Origin: an uncultured delta proteobacterium
GTDB taxonomy: Bacteria; Desulfobacterota; Binatia; DP-6
NCBI GenBank assembly: GCA_963815115.1
Contig: CAWFFN010000012.1
Location: 1-64,000 of the forward strand
Direction: 5' to 3'
Length of the DNA: 64,000 nucleotides
This document shows positions 31,410 to 42,804 of this stretch, piece after piece. The notes beneath the pieces were generated by a model. That model saw only the letters and a program-made list of their open reading frames with translations. It did not search any database and was not told where the DNA came from. Position 1 is the first letter of the stretch; every line of letters starts with the position of its first letter. The translations under genes and the position numbers were made by a program.

Positions 31410-33080
31410 ATGTTGACGATCGCGGACGTGGCGGCGGTTCCCCTGTTTTCCGGACTGCCGGCCGCCGAGCTGGAACGGCTCGCTCGCACGTCCGCGGACC
31501 TCCACCTCGGTGCCGGAGAATTCGCCGTCCCCGAAGGCGGCGAGCGCGCGCTGTTTGCCGTCCTCGCCGGCAAGATCGAGGTCGTGAAGACGATCGACGG
31601 CGTCGAACGCAGGCTCGGCTGGCGGCTCCCCGGCACGATCTTCGGCGAGGTACCCATGGCCCTGGGGACGCCGTTTCCCGGCGGATACCGTGCGGTCGAG
31701 CCGTCGCGCGTGATCCGGATCGATCCCCAGCAGTACTACGCGGTCGCCGCGGTCTCGCAGGACATCTCGCTCAAGGTGAGCGCGCTGGCGCGCGAGCGGA
31801 TCGGAGGGCTCCAGAGCATCGCCGCCGAACCGCCCACGCCGCGCGTGACGGTCGTCGGCCACCGCTGGGACACGGCGTGCGGCGACCTGCGCCGGTTTCT
31901 CGCTCGCAACCAGATTTCCCTCAACTGGGTGACGCCCGATTCTCCGGAGCTCTCGACGATCTGGCCCGGGCCGCGTCCAGCCGACAGCGAGTGTCCGGTG
32001 CTCCGGCTCGCGGACGGACAGGTGCTCGTTCGGCCCGAGGTGCGCGATCTGGCCAATCGCCTCGGCTTGCAGACGAGCGCCCGCGCGGACGAATACGACG
32101 TCGCGATCATCGGCGGGGGGCCGGCCGGCCTTGCGGCCGCGGTCTACGGCGCATCCGAGGGGCTGCGCACGATCGTCATCGAGCGCGAGGCCCCCGGTGG
32201 ACAGGCCGGGACGTCCGCGCGGATCGAGAACTATCTCGGATTTCCCGGCGGGGTCTCGGGCGACGAGCTGGCCAGTCGCGCACTCCAGCAAGCGCGGCGC
32301 CTCGGGGCGGAGATCGTGGTCACGCGCTCCGTCGCTCGCATCGATCCGAGGACGCGCGAAGTATTTCTCGACGGTGGCGACGTCGTCCGGGCCCGAACGC
32401 TCATTCTCGCCACCGGCGTCACGTGGCGGCGCCTCACCGTCGGCGGCCTCGATCGGCTGATCGGCAAGGGCGTCTACTACGGGGCCGCGCGCAGCGAGGT
32501 GGGCGCCACTCATGGACTCGACATCCACCTGGTCGGCGCCGGCAACTCGGCCGGTCAGGCGGCCCTCAATTGCGCCAACCATGCACGCCAGGTGACCCTG
32601 GTCGTCCGGGGCGGGTCCCTGGACAGGACCATGTCGCACTATCTGATCGAGAAGCTCCAGGGAACATCGAACGTGGAGGTGAGGCTGGGGTCGGAGGTGC
32701 ACGCGGTCCACGGCGACACCCACCTGACGGCGATCGACATTCGCGACACCGGCACCGAGGAAGTGCGCCGGCATGATTGCGGCGGCCTGTTCATCTTCAT
32801 CGGCGCCGACGCGGAGACCGGGTGGCTGCCGGCGGACATCGTCCGCGACGCACGCGGATATGTCCTGACGGGCGAGGATCTCAAGAAGGCCGGACGCTGG
32901 TCGCACCGGCGTGATCCCTACCTTCTCGAAACCAGTGTCCCCGGCGTGTTCGCGTGCGGCGACGTGCGGTTGAGCCCGGTCAAGCGTGTGGCGTCTGCGG
33001 TCGGCGAGGGAAGCATGGCGATCGCGCTCGTCCGGCAATACCTGGCGTACGAAGGGCACTCCGACGCCAGCCGGGCCTAA
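31410..33080 (+). CDS. cNMP-binding domain + thioredoxin-reductase-like FAD oxidoreductase
   Basis: PGTIFGEV cNMP fold; IIGGGPAGL, GGQAGTSARIENYLGFP, VGAGNSAGQ, TSVPGVFACGD; YYGA where TrxR has CxxC. Confidence 0.9.
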   Translation: MLTIADVAAVPLFSGLPAAELERLARTSADLHLGAGEFAVPEGGERALFAVLAGKIEVVKTIDGVERRLGWRLPGTIFGEVPMALGTPFPGGYRAVEPSRVIRIDPQQYYAVAAVSQDISLKVSALARERIGGLQSIAAEPPTPRVTVVGHRWDTACGDLRRFLARNQISLNWVTPDSPELSTIWPGPRPADSECPVLRLADGQVLVRPEVRDLANRLGLQTSARADEYDVAIIGGGPAGLAAAVYGASEGLRTIVIEREAPGGQAGTSARIENYLGFPGGVSGDELASRALQQARRLGAEIVVTRSVARIDPRTREVFLDGGDVVRARTLILATGVTWRRLTVGGLDRLIGKGVYYGAARSEVGATHGLDIHLVGAGNSAGQAALNCANHARQVTLVVRGGSLDRTMSHYLIEKLQGTSNVEVRLGSEVHAVHGDTHLTAIDIRDTGTEEVRRHDCGGLFIFIGADAETGWLPADIVRDARGYVLTGEDLKKAGRWSHRRDPYLLETSVPGVFACGDVRLSPVKRVASAVGEGSMAIALVRQYLAYEGHSDASRA

Positions 33081-33113
33081 TGCTGATCGAGCGGCTTCTC
33101 TACCCAAGCCCCG

Positions 33114-33446
33114 TCACGCCGCCAGCCGCCGGTGGCGAAGATTCAGGTCGAGCGTTTCGCGGACGACCGAGGGATCGAGGTCGAGCACCGCGCAGACGTG
33201 CCGGAAGGTGAAGACCCGCGACGGCGGCTCGTCGGAGGCGATCCAGTCTTGCGTCTTCGAGAGGAGGTCCCGCTCGTCGCGGCTCCTCGCCCGCTCGGGA
33301 TGGCAATGCACCGAGCACGCGTCGTCCAGCACGGCCGCCATCAGCCGCTGCTCCGGCGACCGGGAGGTCGCGTGCATCGTCGTCGAGAGTCGTTCGTGCA
33401 GGGCGTCCACGGGGTCACGCGGCGTGGCGGCATGCGGCGATCTCAT
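33114..33446 (-). CDS. Small conserved-looking hypothetical protein (110 aa)
   Basis: PEQRLMAAVLDDA...DWIAS...FTFRHVCAVLDLDPSVVR; sigma54 motif directly upstream. Confidence 0.7.
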   Translation of the reverse strand: MRSPHAATPRDPVDALHERLSTTMHATSRSPEQRLMAAVLDDACSVHCHPERARSRDERDLLSKTQDWIASDEPPSRVFTFRHVCAVLDLDPSVVRETLDLNLRHRRLAA

Positions 33447-33459
33447 GCTGAGCCCTTCG

Positions 33460-33475
33460 AGCAAGACCGGGGCCA
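33460..33475 (-). promoter_or_regulatory. sigma54 -24/-12 promoter
   Basis: TGGCCCCGGTCTTGCT (GG-N10-GC); the -12 C is 15 nt from ATG 33446. Confidence 0.75.
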
Positions 33476-33615
33476 GATGCTCGTGCGAGAATGTGGCCGG
33501 GACACCGCGCGAGACCATTCGAAAGTTGGGAATCGCCGGCCGCTGGATTCTCGAGGACGACAAAGGCTCAGGGGGTTGCCGGCCGACGATGTCGAACGCG
33601 ATTGCTGCACCACAC

Positions 33616-34014
33616 TCAGGTGGACGCATGCAGCTCGTGCACCAGCGTGTGAAGCAGCTCGTAGTCGAACGGCTTGGACAGGACGACGAGAAACGGGCGG
33701 GCAGCCGCCTCCGCGTCGATGGCGTGCGTCCGGTAGGCGGTCACCAGGACGATCGGCACGCCCGGGCGTGCGGCATGGAACCGGTCGGCGAACGCAACGC
33801 CGTTCTCTCCCGGCATCTCGTAGTCCGTGATGAGCAGCGTGGTGTCGAGGAGCGGCCCCTCTTGGGGGACCTCCCCCGGAAAGGCATAGGCAAACACCTC
33901 GTGACCATCGTCACCCAGCGCCCCGGCGAGGCCCAGGCGAAGGGACGGGTCATCCTCGACCAGGAGGATCGGCAGCTCGCTGCACCTGGGGAGGGGAGGC
34001 GGGGAGTTCGACAC
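33616..34014 (-). CDS. Single-domain response regulator (start uncertain)
   Basis: ILLVEDD, LLITDYEMPGENG, LVTAY, LSKPFD. Confidence 0.88.
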   Translation of the reverse strand: MSNSPPPLPRCSELPILLVEDDPSLRLGLAGALGDDGHEVFAYAFPGEVPQEGPLLDTTLLITDYEMPGENGVAFADRFHAARPGVPIVLVTAYRTHAIDAEAAARPFLVVLSKPFDYELLHTLVHELHAST

Positions 34015-36133
34015 GGAAGGCCGTTCCACCTCCCACGACGCGTGCAAGATCGATACCTCCGCCGTGAGCCTGGACGATCTGCTTGGCGATCGCCAATCCG
34101 AGCCCCGTCCCCTCGGGTTTCGTCGTCTCGAAGAGGCCGAAGGGCCGCAGATGGTCGGGGAATCCGGGTCCGGTGTCCGTCACGGTGAATCGCACTTTCT
34201 CGCGGGTGGGAAACTCGACCGACATTCTGATCTCTCCGGGGCCCTGACCGATCGCCTCCAGTGCATTCTTGAGGAGATTGTCGAAAACACGACGCAGCTT
34301 GTCGACGTCGGCGGTGATGGGTGCGATCGTCGAGCTCAGGTGGCCGACGAGTGCGATGCCGCGATGCTGCGCGTCGGGCCGCCAGGCCGCCAGGGACTGC
34401 TCCAGGAAGGCGGGCAGCTCGACGGTGCTCAGCTCCAGCCGCTGCTCGCGCGCGAAGCTCTTGAAGTCGCGAATCATGCCGTCGAGCCGCCGCGTGGTCT
34501 GGGTCAGTTGTTCGATGGCGTCACGCACGCTGCCGAGGGGCTGGTCCGGATCCCGCTCCAGCCGACGGGCGATGCGTTGCGTGAGCATCGAGAGGCCGGC
34601 CAGGGGATTGCCGATGTCGTGGACGATGCGCGCGGAGAGCGCGCCGATGTCCGCCAGGCGCTCGCGCTGGCGAGCGAGCGACTCGGCCTGCCGCAGCTCC
34701 TCCTCGATCTCCTTGCGCATCACGAACTCGCCGATCTGCTGGCTCAGGGCGTCGAAGAGGCCCAGAAGCGCGCGGCCCGGCGCCCGGAGAGCCGAGCTGA
34801 AGCAGACCACCGCGCCGATCACCCCTTCGCGGCTCCGCACCGGGAAGCCGAAGCCGCTCGTGACATGCGTCCCCAACCCGGGTCGCAGCGATCGCCTGGC
34901 AGCGGGATCATTGCCGAGATCGAGCACGTACTCGGGCTTGCCGCTGGCCCAGATGCGGCCGGGAAGCCATTCGCCCCGGACCAGAGTAATCGCGGGAGCG
35001 AGGGCCGTCTGGGCCCCCGACGACAGGGCGGCAGCATGCCACGAGCCGTGGCGGAGCAGGACCGAGTCTCGACGATCGACGAGCCACAGCTCGCTCGCCT
35101 CCAACCCGAGGCGCTCGCAGATGGCGCGGAGCAGCTCGGGCGCGGTGTCCTCCAGCGTGTCGGAGCCGGTCGTGATTCGTGTCACCCCGTACTGGATCGC
35201 CGTGTACTGCTCGGCCTGCCATCGTTCGATCGCTTCGCCCACGATGTGGGCGATCGCCTGGAGGAAGAGCGTATCGTCGGTGGAGAAGGTGCGGTGGTGC
35301 ACGGTGTGGGCGTCGAGCACCCCGTAGGGCCGCTCGAGGAGCGCGATCATGGTGCTGAGGCCCGACACGACCCCGTGCTCGCGGAGAAGCGGGGAGCCCT
35401 CGAAGCGCGTCTCGGTGCGGAGTTCGTCGACCACGACCGGCGTCCTGGTGAGCAGCGTGTAGCCCGCCTGGGAATCCGCTCCCGCGGGAACCAGCGCGCT
35501 CCCGACCACCCTGTCCGTCCAGCCCACGCCGGCGCGGACCAGGAGCGCCGCCTCGTCGGGCAGCAGCTCGGATATCTTGCAGAACTCGACGTCGAGGGTA
35601 CGGGCGACCAGCTCGACCGCCTTCTGGAGGAGGACGTCGAGATCGCTGCCGAGCGCGGCGATTCCCAGCTCGGCGACCGCCTCCTGCTGGCGCACGCGGT
35701 CATGCAGCGTGGCTTCCATACGCGCGCGCTCGCTGACGTCGCGGATGATTGCCGAGTAGCAGACCGTGTCGCCCACCCGTGCTTCCGACACGGACAGCTC
35801 GATGGGAAACGTCTCGCCGCTCTTGCGTCGGGCTTCGACGTGCCGAATGCGGCCGATCGCCTTGGCCTCGCCGGTGTCCCGGTAGTTCGTGAGGAACCGG
35901 TCGTGCTGCTCGCGGTAAGGCGAGGGCATGAGCATCGCGACGTTCTGCTGCAGCACCTCGTCGGCCCGGTAGCCGAAGATCGCCTCCGCGCCGCGATTGA
36001 ACAGCGTGACCCGGCCGCGTGGATCGATGCTGATGATGGCATCCTGCGCGCTGTCGAGCACCGCTTGCCAGCGCGTCGCCTCCAGCTCGAGGAGACGCAG
36101 GGCACGGGTAGCACTCGAGTCCTCGAGAGTCAT
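33950..36133 (-). CDS. FixL-like heme-PAS + GAF + GAF histidine kinase
   Basis: PAS LMPSPYREQHDRFLTNYRDTGEAKAIGRIRHVEARRKSGETFP, with His and Arg at positions matching the FixL heme ligand and distal Arg; H-box VHDIGNPL; NLLKNALEA, DTGPG, GTGLGL. Confidence 0.9.
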   Translation of the reverse strand: MTLEDSSATRALRLLELEATRWQAVLDSAQDAIISIDPRGRVTLFNRGAEAIFGYRADEVLQQNVAMLMPSPYREQHDRFLTNYRDTGEAKAIGRIRHVEARRKSGETFPIELSVSEARVGDTVCYSAIIRDVSERARMEATLHDRVRQQEAVAELGIAALGSDLDVLLQKAVELVARTLDVEFCKISELLPDEAALLVRAGVGWTDRVVGSALVPAGADSQAGYTLLTRTPVVVDELRTETRFEGSPLLREHGVVSGLSTMIALLERPYGVLDAHTVHHRTFSTDDTLFLQAIAHIVGEAIERWQAEQYTAIQYGVTRITTGSDTLEDTAPELLRAICERLGLEASELWLVDRRDSVLLRHGSWHAAALSSGAQTALAPAITLVRGEWLPGRIWASGKPEYVLDLGNDPAARRSLRPGLGTHVTSGFGFPVRSREGVIGAVVCFSSALRAPGRALLGLFDALSQQIGEFVMRKEIEEELRQAESLARQRERLADIGALSARIVHDIGNPLAGLSMLTQRIARRLERDPDQPLGSVRDAIEQLTQTTRRLDGMIRDFKSFAREQRLELSTVELPAFLEQSLAAWRPDAQHRGIALVGHLSSTIAPITADVDKLRRVFDNLLKNALEAIGQGPGEIRMSVEFPTREKVRFTVTDTGPGFPDHLRPFGLFETTKPEGTGLGLAIAKQIVQAHGGGIDLARVVGGGTAFRVELPASPPQVQRAADPPGRG

Positions 36134-36332
36134 CGGTGACCAGGTGGCGACGAAGCCGGCGCTACCATGCCCTCGCACGGACGGTCAAGATTGCCACTGG
36201 CGCCGCCCGATCCCGCTGTCGACGGGGTCGACCCGCAGGCCGAAAAGGCGGCTCCGCTATCACGGACCGGAATCCTCCCACGGATGGTTCCGACATCCGG
36301 GAAAGGGAACGAGGCGTCGTCGTCATCTCGCC

Positions 36333-36348
36333 TGGCCGGCGGCTTGCT
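36333..36348 (+). promoter_or_regulatory. sigma54 -24/-12 promoter for the usp-bEBP-globin kinase operon
   Basis: TGGCCGGCGGCTTGCT; palindrome TTCCGA-N4-CGGGAA at 36288-36303. Confidence 0.72.
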
Positions 36349-36387
36349 TGGGGACGTTTCGCACCACTGCAAGAGAGGGGAGCATAG

Positions 36388-36867
36388 ATGCCTGGAGGCC
36401 TCTTCCGTCACATTCTCGTCCCTCACGACTTCTCCGGCCAGGCGACGGTTGCGCTGAAGACGGCGGCCCAGCTCGCCCAGCAGCAGGGGGGAAAGCTCAC
36501 GGTTCTCTACGTCCTGGTGCCCTTCTACCTGCCGGCCGACGTGCCGTTCGGCATGCCGGCACCAGGCGACCTGATTCCCGAGCAACGACGCACGCTCGAG
36601 AGGCTGGTGACCAAGACTCTGGGCGCCGCGCGCCCGCCGGTGACGATCCGCGTCGACATCGGGGACGCGGCCCAGCGCATCCTCGACGCGGCTCGCGGAA
36701 CCGACAGCATCGTCATGGCGACGTCGGGGCGCACTGGCGTGGCTCACTTTCTCATCGGGAGCGTCGCGGAGAAGGTGGTCCGACACGCCCCGGTACCCGT
36801 GCTCACCATCCGGGTGCCCATCTCCAAGCGTCAATCCAGACGCAGGAAGATTGGCGCGGCTTGTTAG
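36388..36867 (+). CDS. Universal stress protein
   Basis: HILVPHDFS, IVMATSGRTG..LIGSVAEKVVRHAPVPVLTI. Confidence 0.95.
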   Translation: MPGGLFRHILVPHDFSGQATVALKTAAQLAQQQGGKLTVLYVLVPFYLPADVPFGMPAPGDLIPEQRRTLERLVTKTLGAARPPVTIRVDIGDAAQRILDAARGTDSIVMATSGRTGVAHFLIGSVAEKVVRHAPVPVLTIRVPISKRQSRRRKIGAAC

Positions 36868-36897
36868 ACCAGGGATCACTAGGCTAGAGAAGGAACG

Positions 36898-38225
<1,328 letters not shown>

Positions 38226-38251
<26 letters not shown>

Positions 38252-39542
38252 CGGTCCTCCGCGACCACCGCTGCTCCGCGAGCTGACCGGCCTCGACGCC
38301 GGACAGCAGGCCGAGAGGCTGGCGTACTTCGACATCGGTCCGGCCGACCGGCAGCTCCTGCACGATCTCGCGCCCCTTGCCCGGCAAACCGTCGACGGGA
38401 TCGTCGCGGAGTTCTACGACCACCTGCTCCGATTCCCCGAGCTCGCGCGGTTGCTGCACGAGGAGCCGGGACGGCTCGAGCGGCTCGAGGCGGCCCAGCG
38501 CGCGTACTTCCTGGGCCTCACCGAAGGGCGCTTCGACGAGGACTACTTCGAGACGCGACTTCGCGTGGGAGACGCTCACCAGCGAATCGGTCTCCCTCCG
38601 GCGTGGTATCTCGGCGGCTTCGCGCTCTACCTGCGCCTGTCGTTGCGGGCGCTGATCCGGGAGATCGGCGAAGGCGAGCGGCTGCTGCCGGTCCTCGAGG
38701 CTCTGATCAAGGCGATCTTCCTCGACGTCTCGCTGGCCATGAACACCTACATCTACGGCGGCTTCGTGCAGCGCGAGATGGCGAGCGAGCTGGAGCGCGC
38801 GGCGCAGGTGGCCGAGGAGGCGCTGCGTGCCCACGCCAAGGTCGAGCAGGCGAGGGACGAACTGAGCCGAATGGTGGTACACGATCTGAAGAACCCCGTG
38901 AGCGGGATCGCGATGCTGACCCAGCTCGCGCTCCGCAAGGGTCCGGACCTTCCCGAGGCGCACCGCGGCTATCTCCGCCAGATCGACCGCACCTGCAGCG
39001 AGATGATGCGGCTCATCCAGAACCTCCTCGAGATCGCGAAGATCGAGGAGGAAAGGATGCCCGTCCTGCCCGAGCCGGTGTCGCTGGCCGAGCTCGCGGG
39101 CGAGGTCGTGGAGGAATATGCCGTCGTCGAGCAGGGCCAGCAGGCGGTCCGAACCAACGTGCGGCGCGACGTGCCGCCAGCGTTCGCGGACCGCTGGCTC
39201 CTGCGCCGGGTACTGTCCAACCTGGTGGTCAACGCCATGCGGCACGGCGGCAGCCGCGACGTGCGGGTGGACGCGGCCGAGGGGCCGCAACCGGGAGAGG
39301 TCACCCTGCTCGTCGCCGACTCGGGTCACGGCATCGCGCTCGAGGATCAGGCGCGCATCTTCGAGAAGTTCCCGGGCGGGGGGCGGTCGGCGGTCGACGA
39401 CCCGGCCACGGACCCGGGGCTCGGGCTGGCATTCTGCAAGCTCGCGGTCGAGCTCATGGGCGGTCGGATCGCGCTCACCAGCCGCCCCGGAGAGACGGTG
39501 TTCGTGGTCACGCTGCCGGCCCGCGATCCCGCAGCCCCCTGA
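38226..39542 (+). CDS. Globin-coupled (protoglobin-domain) sensor histidine kinase
   Basis: IVAEFYDHL..F...RLEAAQRAYF...YFETRLRVGDAHQRIGLPPAWYLG sensor-globin pattern; VHDLKNP; NLVVNAMRH; DSGHG; GLGL. Confidence 0.9.
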
Positions 39543-39646
39543 GGCCGCCTCGCCCGGAGCGCCGGACGGATTCCGATTCCTGAGAAGGAAGCTGCCACGG
39601 CCGCCGCGACGTTCGGAATTCGCCTCGTGCTGCCGTGCTCCTTGCG

Positions 39647-39662
39647 TGGCAAGGTATTTGCC
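39647..39662 (+). promoter_or_regulatory. sigma54 -24/-12 promoter
   Basis: TGGCAAGGTATTTGCC; -12 C is 14 nt from ATG 39675; palindrome TTCCGA-N4-TGAGAA at 39571-39586. Confidence 0.8.
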
Positions 39663-39674
39663 GATGCCAGATGC

Positions 39675-40097
39675 ATGCGAGTACGCCAGTGGATGAAGCT
39701 TCCCGTGATCAGCGTGAAGCCGCGCGATTCGGTGGCCCGGGCCCGCGCGGTCATGGAGGAGCATCGGATCAACCAGCTGCCGGTGCTCGAGGGCGCACGC
39801 CTCGCCGGGATCGTCACCGATCGTGACCTCCGCGACGCCTTCCCCTCCCTGGCCCAGAGCATGGACCTCGCGTCGCGGGAGCGCGCGGCGCCGGATGAGG
39901 TGCCGGTCGAGGACGTCATGACCCGCGACGTCCTCACCGTCGATCCGGAGACCAGCCTCGCCGAGGCGGCCCGCGTGTTGCGCCGGGAACGCATCGGGGC
40001 GCTGCCCGTCGTCAGCGGTGGCCACCTGGTGGGCGTGCTCGCGCGGAGCGACCTGCTCGAGGCTCTCGTGCAACTGCTCGACGACGATCGGGAGTAG
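39675..40097 (+). CDS. CBS domain pair protein
   Basis: MRVRQWM..VISV, INQLPV..GIVTDRDL, VEDVMTRDV, IGALPVV..GVL.RSDLL. Confidence 0.92.
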   Translation: MRVRQWMKLPVISVKPRDSVARARAVMEEHRINQLPVLEGARLAGIVTDRDLRDAFPSLAQSMDLASRERAAPDEVPVEDVMTRDVLTVDPETSLAEAARVLRRERIGALPVVSGGHLVGVLARSDLLEALVQLLDDDRE

Positions 40098-40114
40098 GAG
40101 CGGCGCGCCGCGCT

Positions 40115-40984
40115 TCAGCGCGGCTTCCGCTCCGGCTCCGACCGCAGGTACTCGACGATGGCCTCGACCTCCGACTCGTCGAGGACGGGCGCGAAGTGTG
40201 GCATGTGCGGCTTCTTCTCGTCCAGCATGTGCCAGATGGCGGTCTCCAGAACCTGGCGGTCGACGGCCGAGAAGTAGGCGGCGTCGAACACCACGTGCGG
40301 CCGGCGAATCCCGACCGAGAGCGTCTCGGGCGGGTGCCCGTCGTCGCCATGACATGGAGCGCAGTAGCGACGATAGGTCAGGAACCCTGGCGAGAGCACA
40401 CGCACGAAGGTCACCAGATCTCGCTCCTGGTCCCGGGTCAGTGCTTCGGCGAGCGGCGGCATTCCCCCATGACCGCGGTGCACGACCGCAAGGATGGTCG
40501 CATCGTCCAATCGCTGCTGCAGGGCGGGGCTGGCGAGGTCGAGCGTCCGGTCGGCCGTCTCGCCGAAGGGACCGTGGCAACGCTCGCAGTGCGCGGCATA
40601 CGGCGCCGTTCCCCGGCGCGCGGCCTTCCAGTCGACGGTGGGCAGTCGGCGCAGATGGGTCTCGAGGGCGTCCAGCTCGCGCAGGCGCGCACGCAGCGCC
40701 GCCGGGTCGAGCGGCAGGGCAAGGGCCCGCCCTTCACGGATGCGGCGCACCATGGCGGCGGTGTCGTAGCGGCCGAGCGCCGGGTCGCGCAGATTGCGCG
40801 GACGCTCGGCGAAGAGATCCGCGTCGGGGCCGTCGCCGCGACCGTCGGCGCCGTGGCAGGGAGCGCAGTGATGGAGAAAGAGCTGCGCGCCATCCGGAGG
40901 CGCCTCCTTCGCAGTCGCCGCGTGCGACCCCGCGAGGAGTGTCGCCATCACCACGGCCACGAGCAATCCCTCCGACCGTGGCAT
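40115..40984 (-). CDS. Periplasmic triheme c-type cytochrome
   Basis: Signal peptide; three CxxCH motifs (CAPCH, CERCH, CAPCH); GMP/HMP distal-Met-like motifs. Confidence 0.88.
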   Translation of the reverse strand: MPRSEGLLVAVVMATLLAGSHAATAKEAPPDGAQLFLHHCAPCHGADGRGDGPDADLFAERPRNLRDPALGRYDTAAMVRRIREGRALALPLDPAALRARLRELDALETHLRRLPTVDWKAARRGTAPYAAHCERCHGPFGETADRTLDLASPALQQRLDDATILAVVHRGHGGMPPLAEALTRDQERDLVTFVRVLSPGFLTYRRYCAPCHGDDGHPPETLSVGIRRPHVVFDAAYFSAVDRQVLETAIWHMLDEKKPHMPHFAPVLDESEVEAIVEYLRSEPERKPR

Positions 40985-40992
40985 GAAGCGAT

Positions 40993-41008
40993 AGCACGTC
41001 ACGTGCCA
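40993..41008 (-). promoter_or_regulatory. sigma54 -24/-12 promoter
   Basis: TGGCACGTGACGTGCT; -12 C is 10 nt from ATG 40984. Confidence 0.75.
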
Positions 41009-41094
41009 TTGATCCGGCGCCTGCGGCGAGACGGGAATTCGCACGCGTCGGAAAATCTCCCGACCGGGATCGCGCGATTCCGGGAATCGCTTCC

Positions 41095-41110
41095 TGGCAC
41101 GGCACTTGGA
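41095..41110 (+). promoter_or_regulatory. sigma54-like promoter (GG instead of GC at -12)
   Basis: TGGCACGGCACTTGGA, 15 nt from ATG 41124; palindromes TTCGCA-N4-TCGGAA (41038-41053) and GCGATTCC-G-GGAATCGC (41074-41090) upstream. Confidence 0.65.
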
Positions 41111-41123
41111 GTAGCGAATCACC

Positions 41124-41570
41124 ATGTTGATCCGCGATCTGATGCAGCGTGAGGTGGCGACGCTCGGGATCAACGATACCCTGGGCCTCGCCGACGACGT
41201 CATGCAGCTCGGCCGCATCCGCCACCTTCCCGTGCTGTCCAACGGGGTCGTGGTCGGGATCGTGTCGCAGCGCGATCTCTATCGTTCGGCGGTCTCTTCC
41301 ATGCTCCAGATGCCACGCGCGACGGAGCGCGAGTGGCTCGGCAAGATTCCCGTGCGCAGCGCGATGTCGTCGAACGTGGTCACGGTTGCGCCCGGAGCCA
41401 CGGTTCACCAGGCCGTCGACCTCATGCTGGCGCACCGGATCGGTTGTCTACCCGTGGTCGAGCGCGGCCAGCTGGTCGGACTCGTGAGCGAGACGGATTG
41501 CCTGCGCCATCTCGCACACCTCCTGGGCATCGCGGAGCAGAAGGCCGCCCTGCCGGAGCTCTCGCAGTAG
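41124..41570 (+). CDS. CBS domain pair protein
   Basis: IRDLMQREV, IRHLPV..GIVSQRDL, IGCLPVV..GLVSETD. Confidence 0.92.
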   Translation: MLIRDLMQREVATLGINDTLGLADDVMQLGRIRHLPVLSNGVVVGIVSQRDLYRSAVSSMLQMPRATEREWLGKIPVRSAMSSNVVTVAPGATVHQAVDLMLAHRIGCLPVVERGQLVGLVSETDCLRHLAHLLGIAEQKAALPELSQ

Positions 41571-41594
41571 GGTCCGCCGATCGTCTCGGGCACC

Positions 41595-42804
41595 ATGGAC
41601 TTCGCCATCCCCGAAGAGATCGAGCACCTCTGTGACGGCGTACGCCGGTTCATGGAGGAGCACGTCTACCCGCTCGAGCGCGCGGCGCGTGGCTGGAAGC
41701 TGGAGGTCGGCGGCCCGGCCTATCCGCCGCTGATCAGGGAGGTGCAGCGCGCAGGCGAAGGCGCTGGGATACTGGGCATTCCACCTCCCGGCCGAAGCCG
41801 GCGGCGCCGGCATCCCGTTCATGTACTACGTGCTCGTGAACGAGATCCTCGGACGCAGCCCGCTCGCCCCGGTGTGCGTCGGCTCGCAGGCGCCCGACTC
41901 CGGCAACGCCGAGATCCTCTGGCGCCACGGCACCGCGCAGCAGAAGGCAGCGCTGGCTCCGGCCGCTGGTCGACGGCGAGATCCGCAGCTGCTTCTCGAT
42001 GACCGAGCCCGAGGTGGCCGGTTCCGATCCGCAGCTGCTGCGCACGACCGCCGTGCGCGACGGCGATCGACTAGGTGATCAACGGTCACAAGTGGTTCAC
42101 CAGCGGCGCGCACGGCGCGGCGTTCGCCATCGTCATGGCGATGACGAACCCCGAGCACGCGAACCCGTACCTCCGCTTCAGCCAGATCATCGTGCCGACC
42201 GACACGCCCGGCTTCCGCATCGAGCGCGGCATCCCGGTGATGGGCGACGACGACAACCATCACGCCGAGATCCGGTACGAGGACTGCCGCGTGCCGGTCG
42301 ACCAACCTCCTCGGCCGCGAGGGCATGGGCTTCGTGATCGCGCAGGAGCGCCTGGGACCGGGTCGGATCCATCACTGCATGCGCTGGCTCGGCGTGGCCC
42401 AGCGCGCGTTCGAGATGATGTGCAGCTACGCCAACGAGCGCGAGATGTTCGGCAGCACGCTGGCGCGCAAGGCGAACATCCAGGACTGGGTCGCCGAGAG
42501 CCCGCGCGGACATCCAGGCGGCGCGGCTGATGACGTTGCACGCGGCGTGGAAGATCGACACCGAGGGCGCCGGCGCGGCGCGCGAGGAGATCGCCCTCAT
42601 CAAGTTCTTCGGCGCCAAGCGTGCTGCACGGCGTCGTCGACAGGGCCATCCAGGTCTTCGGCGCCGCCGGGAGTGACCGAGGATCACCCGCTCTCGATGT
42701 TCTACCGCCAGGCGCGCCTCGCGCGCATCTACGACGGCCCCGACGAGGTGCACAAGATGGTGGTCGCCCGCCGCATCCTGGCGCGCCATGCCTCCCGGGG
42801 CTGA
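41595..42804 (+). pseudogene. Acyl-CoA dehydrogenase with several frameshifts (real decay or sequencing error)
   Basis: QAPDSGNAEIL, MTEPEVAGSDP, INGHKWFTSGA, AQERLGPGRIHHCMR, RIYDGPDEVH found in different frames. Confidence 0.85.

Noticed and set aside
34043-34058. Minus-strand AGGTATCGATCTTGCA, a GG-N10-GC sigma54-like motif before the receiver gene
   Set aside because: It lies inside kinase coding sequence (GGIDLA), has a poor -24 match and no adjacent palindrome, so it was not counted.
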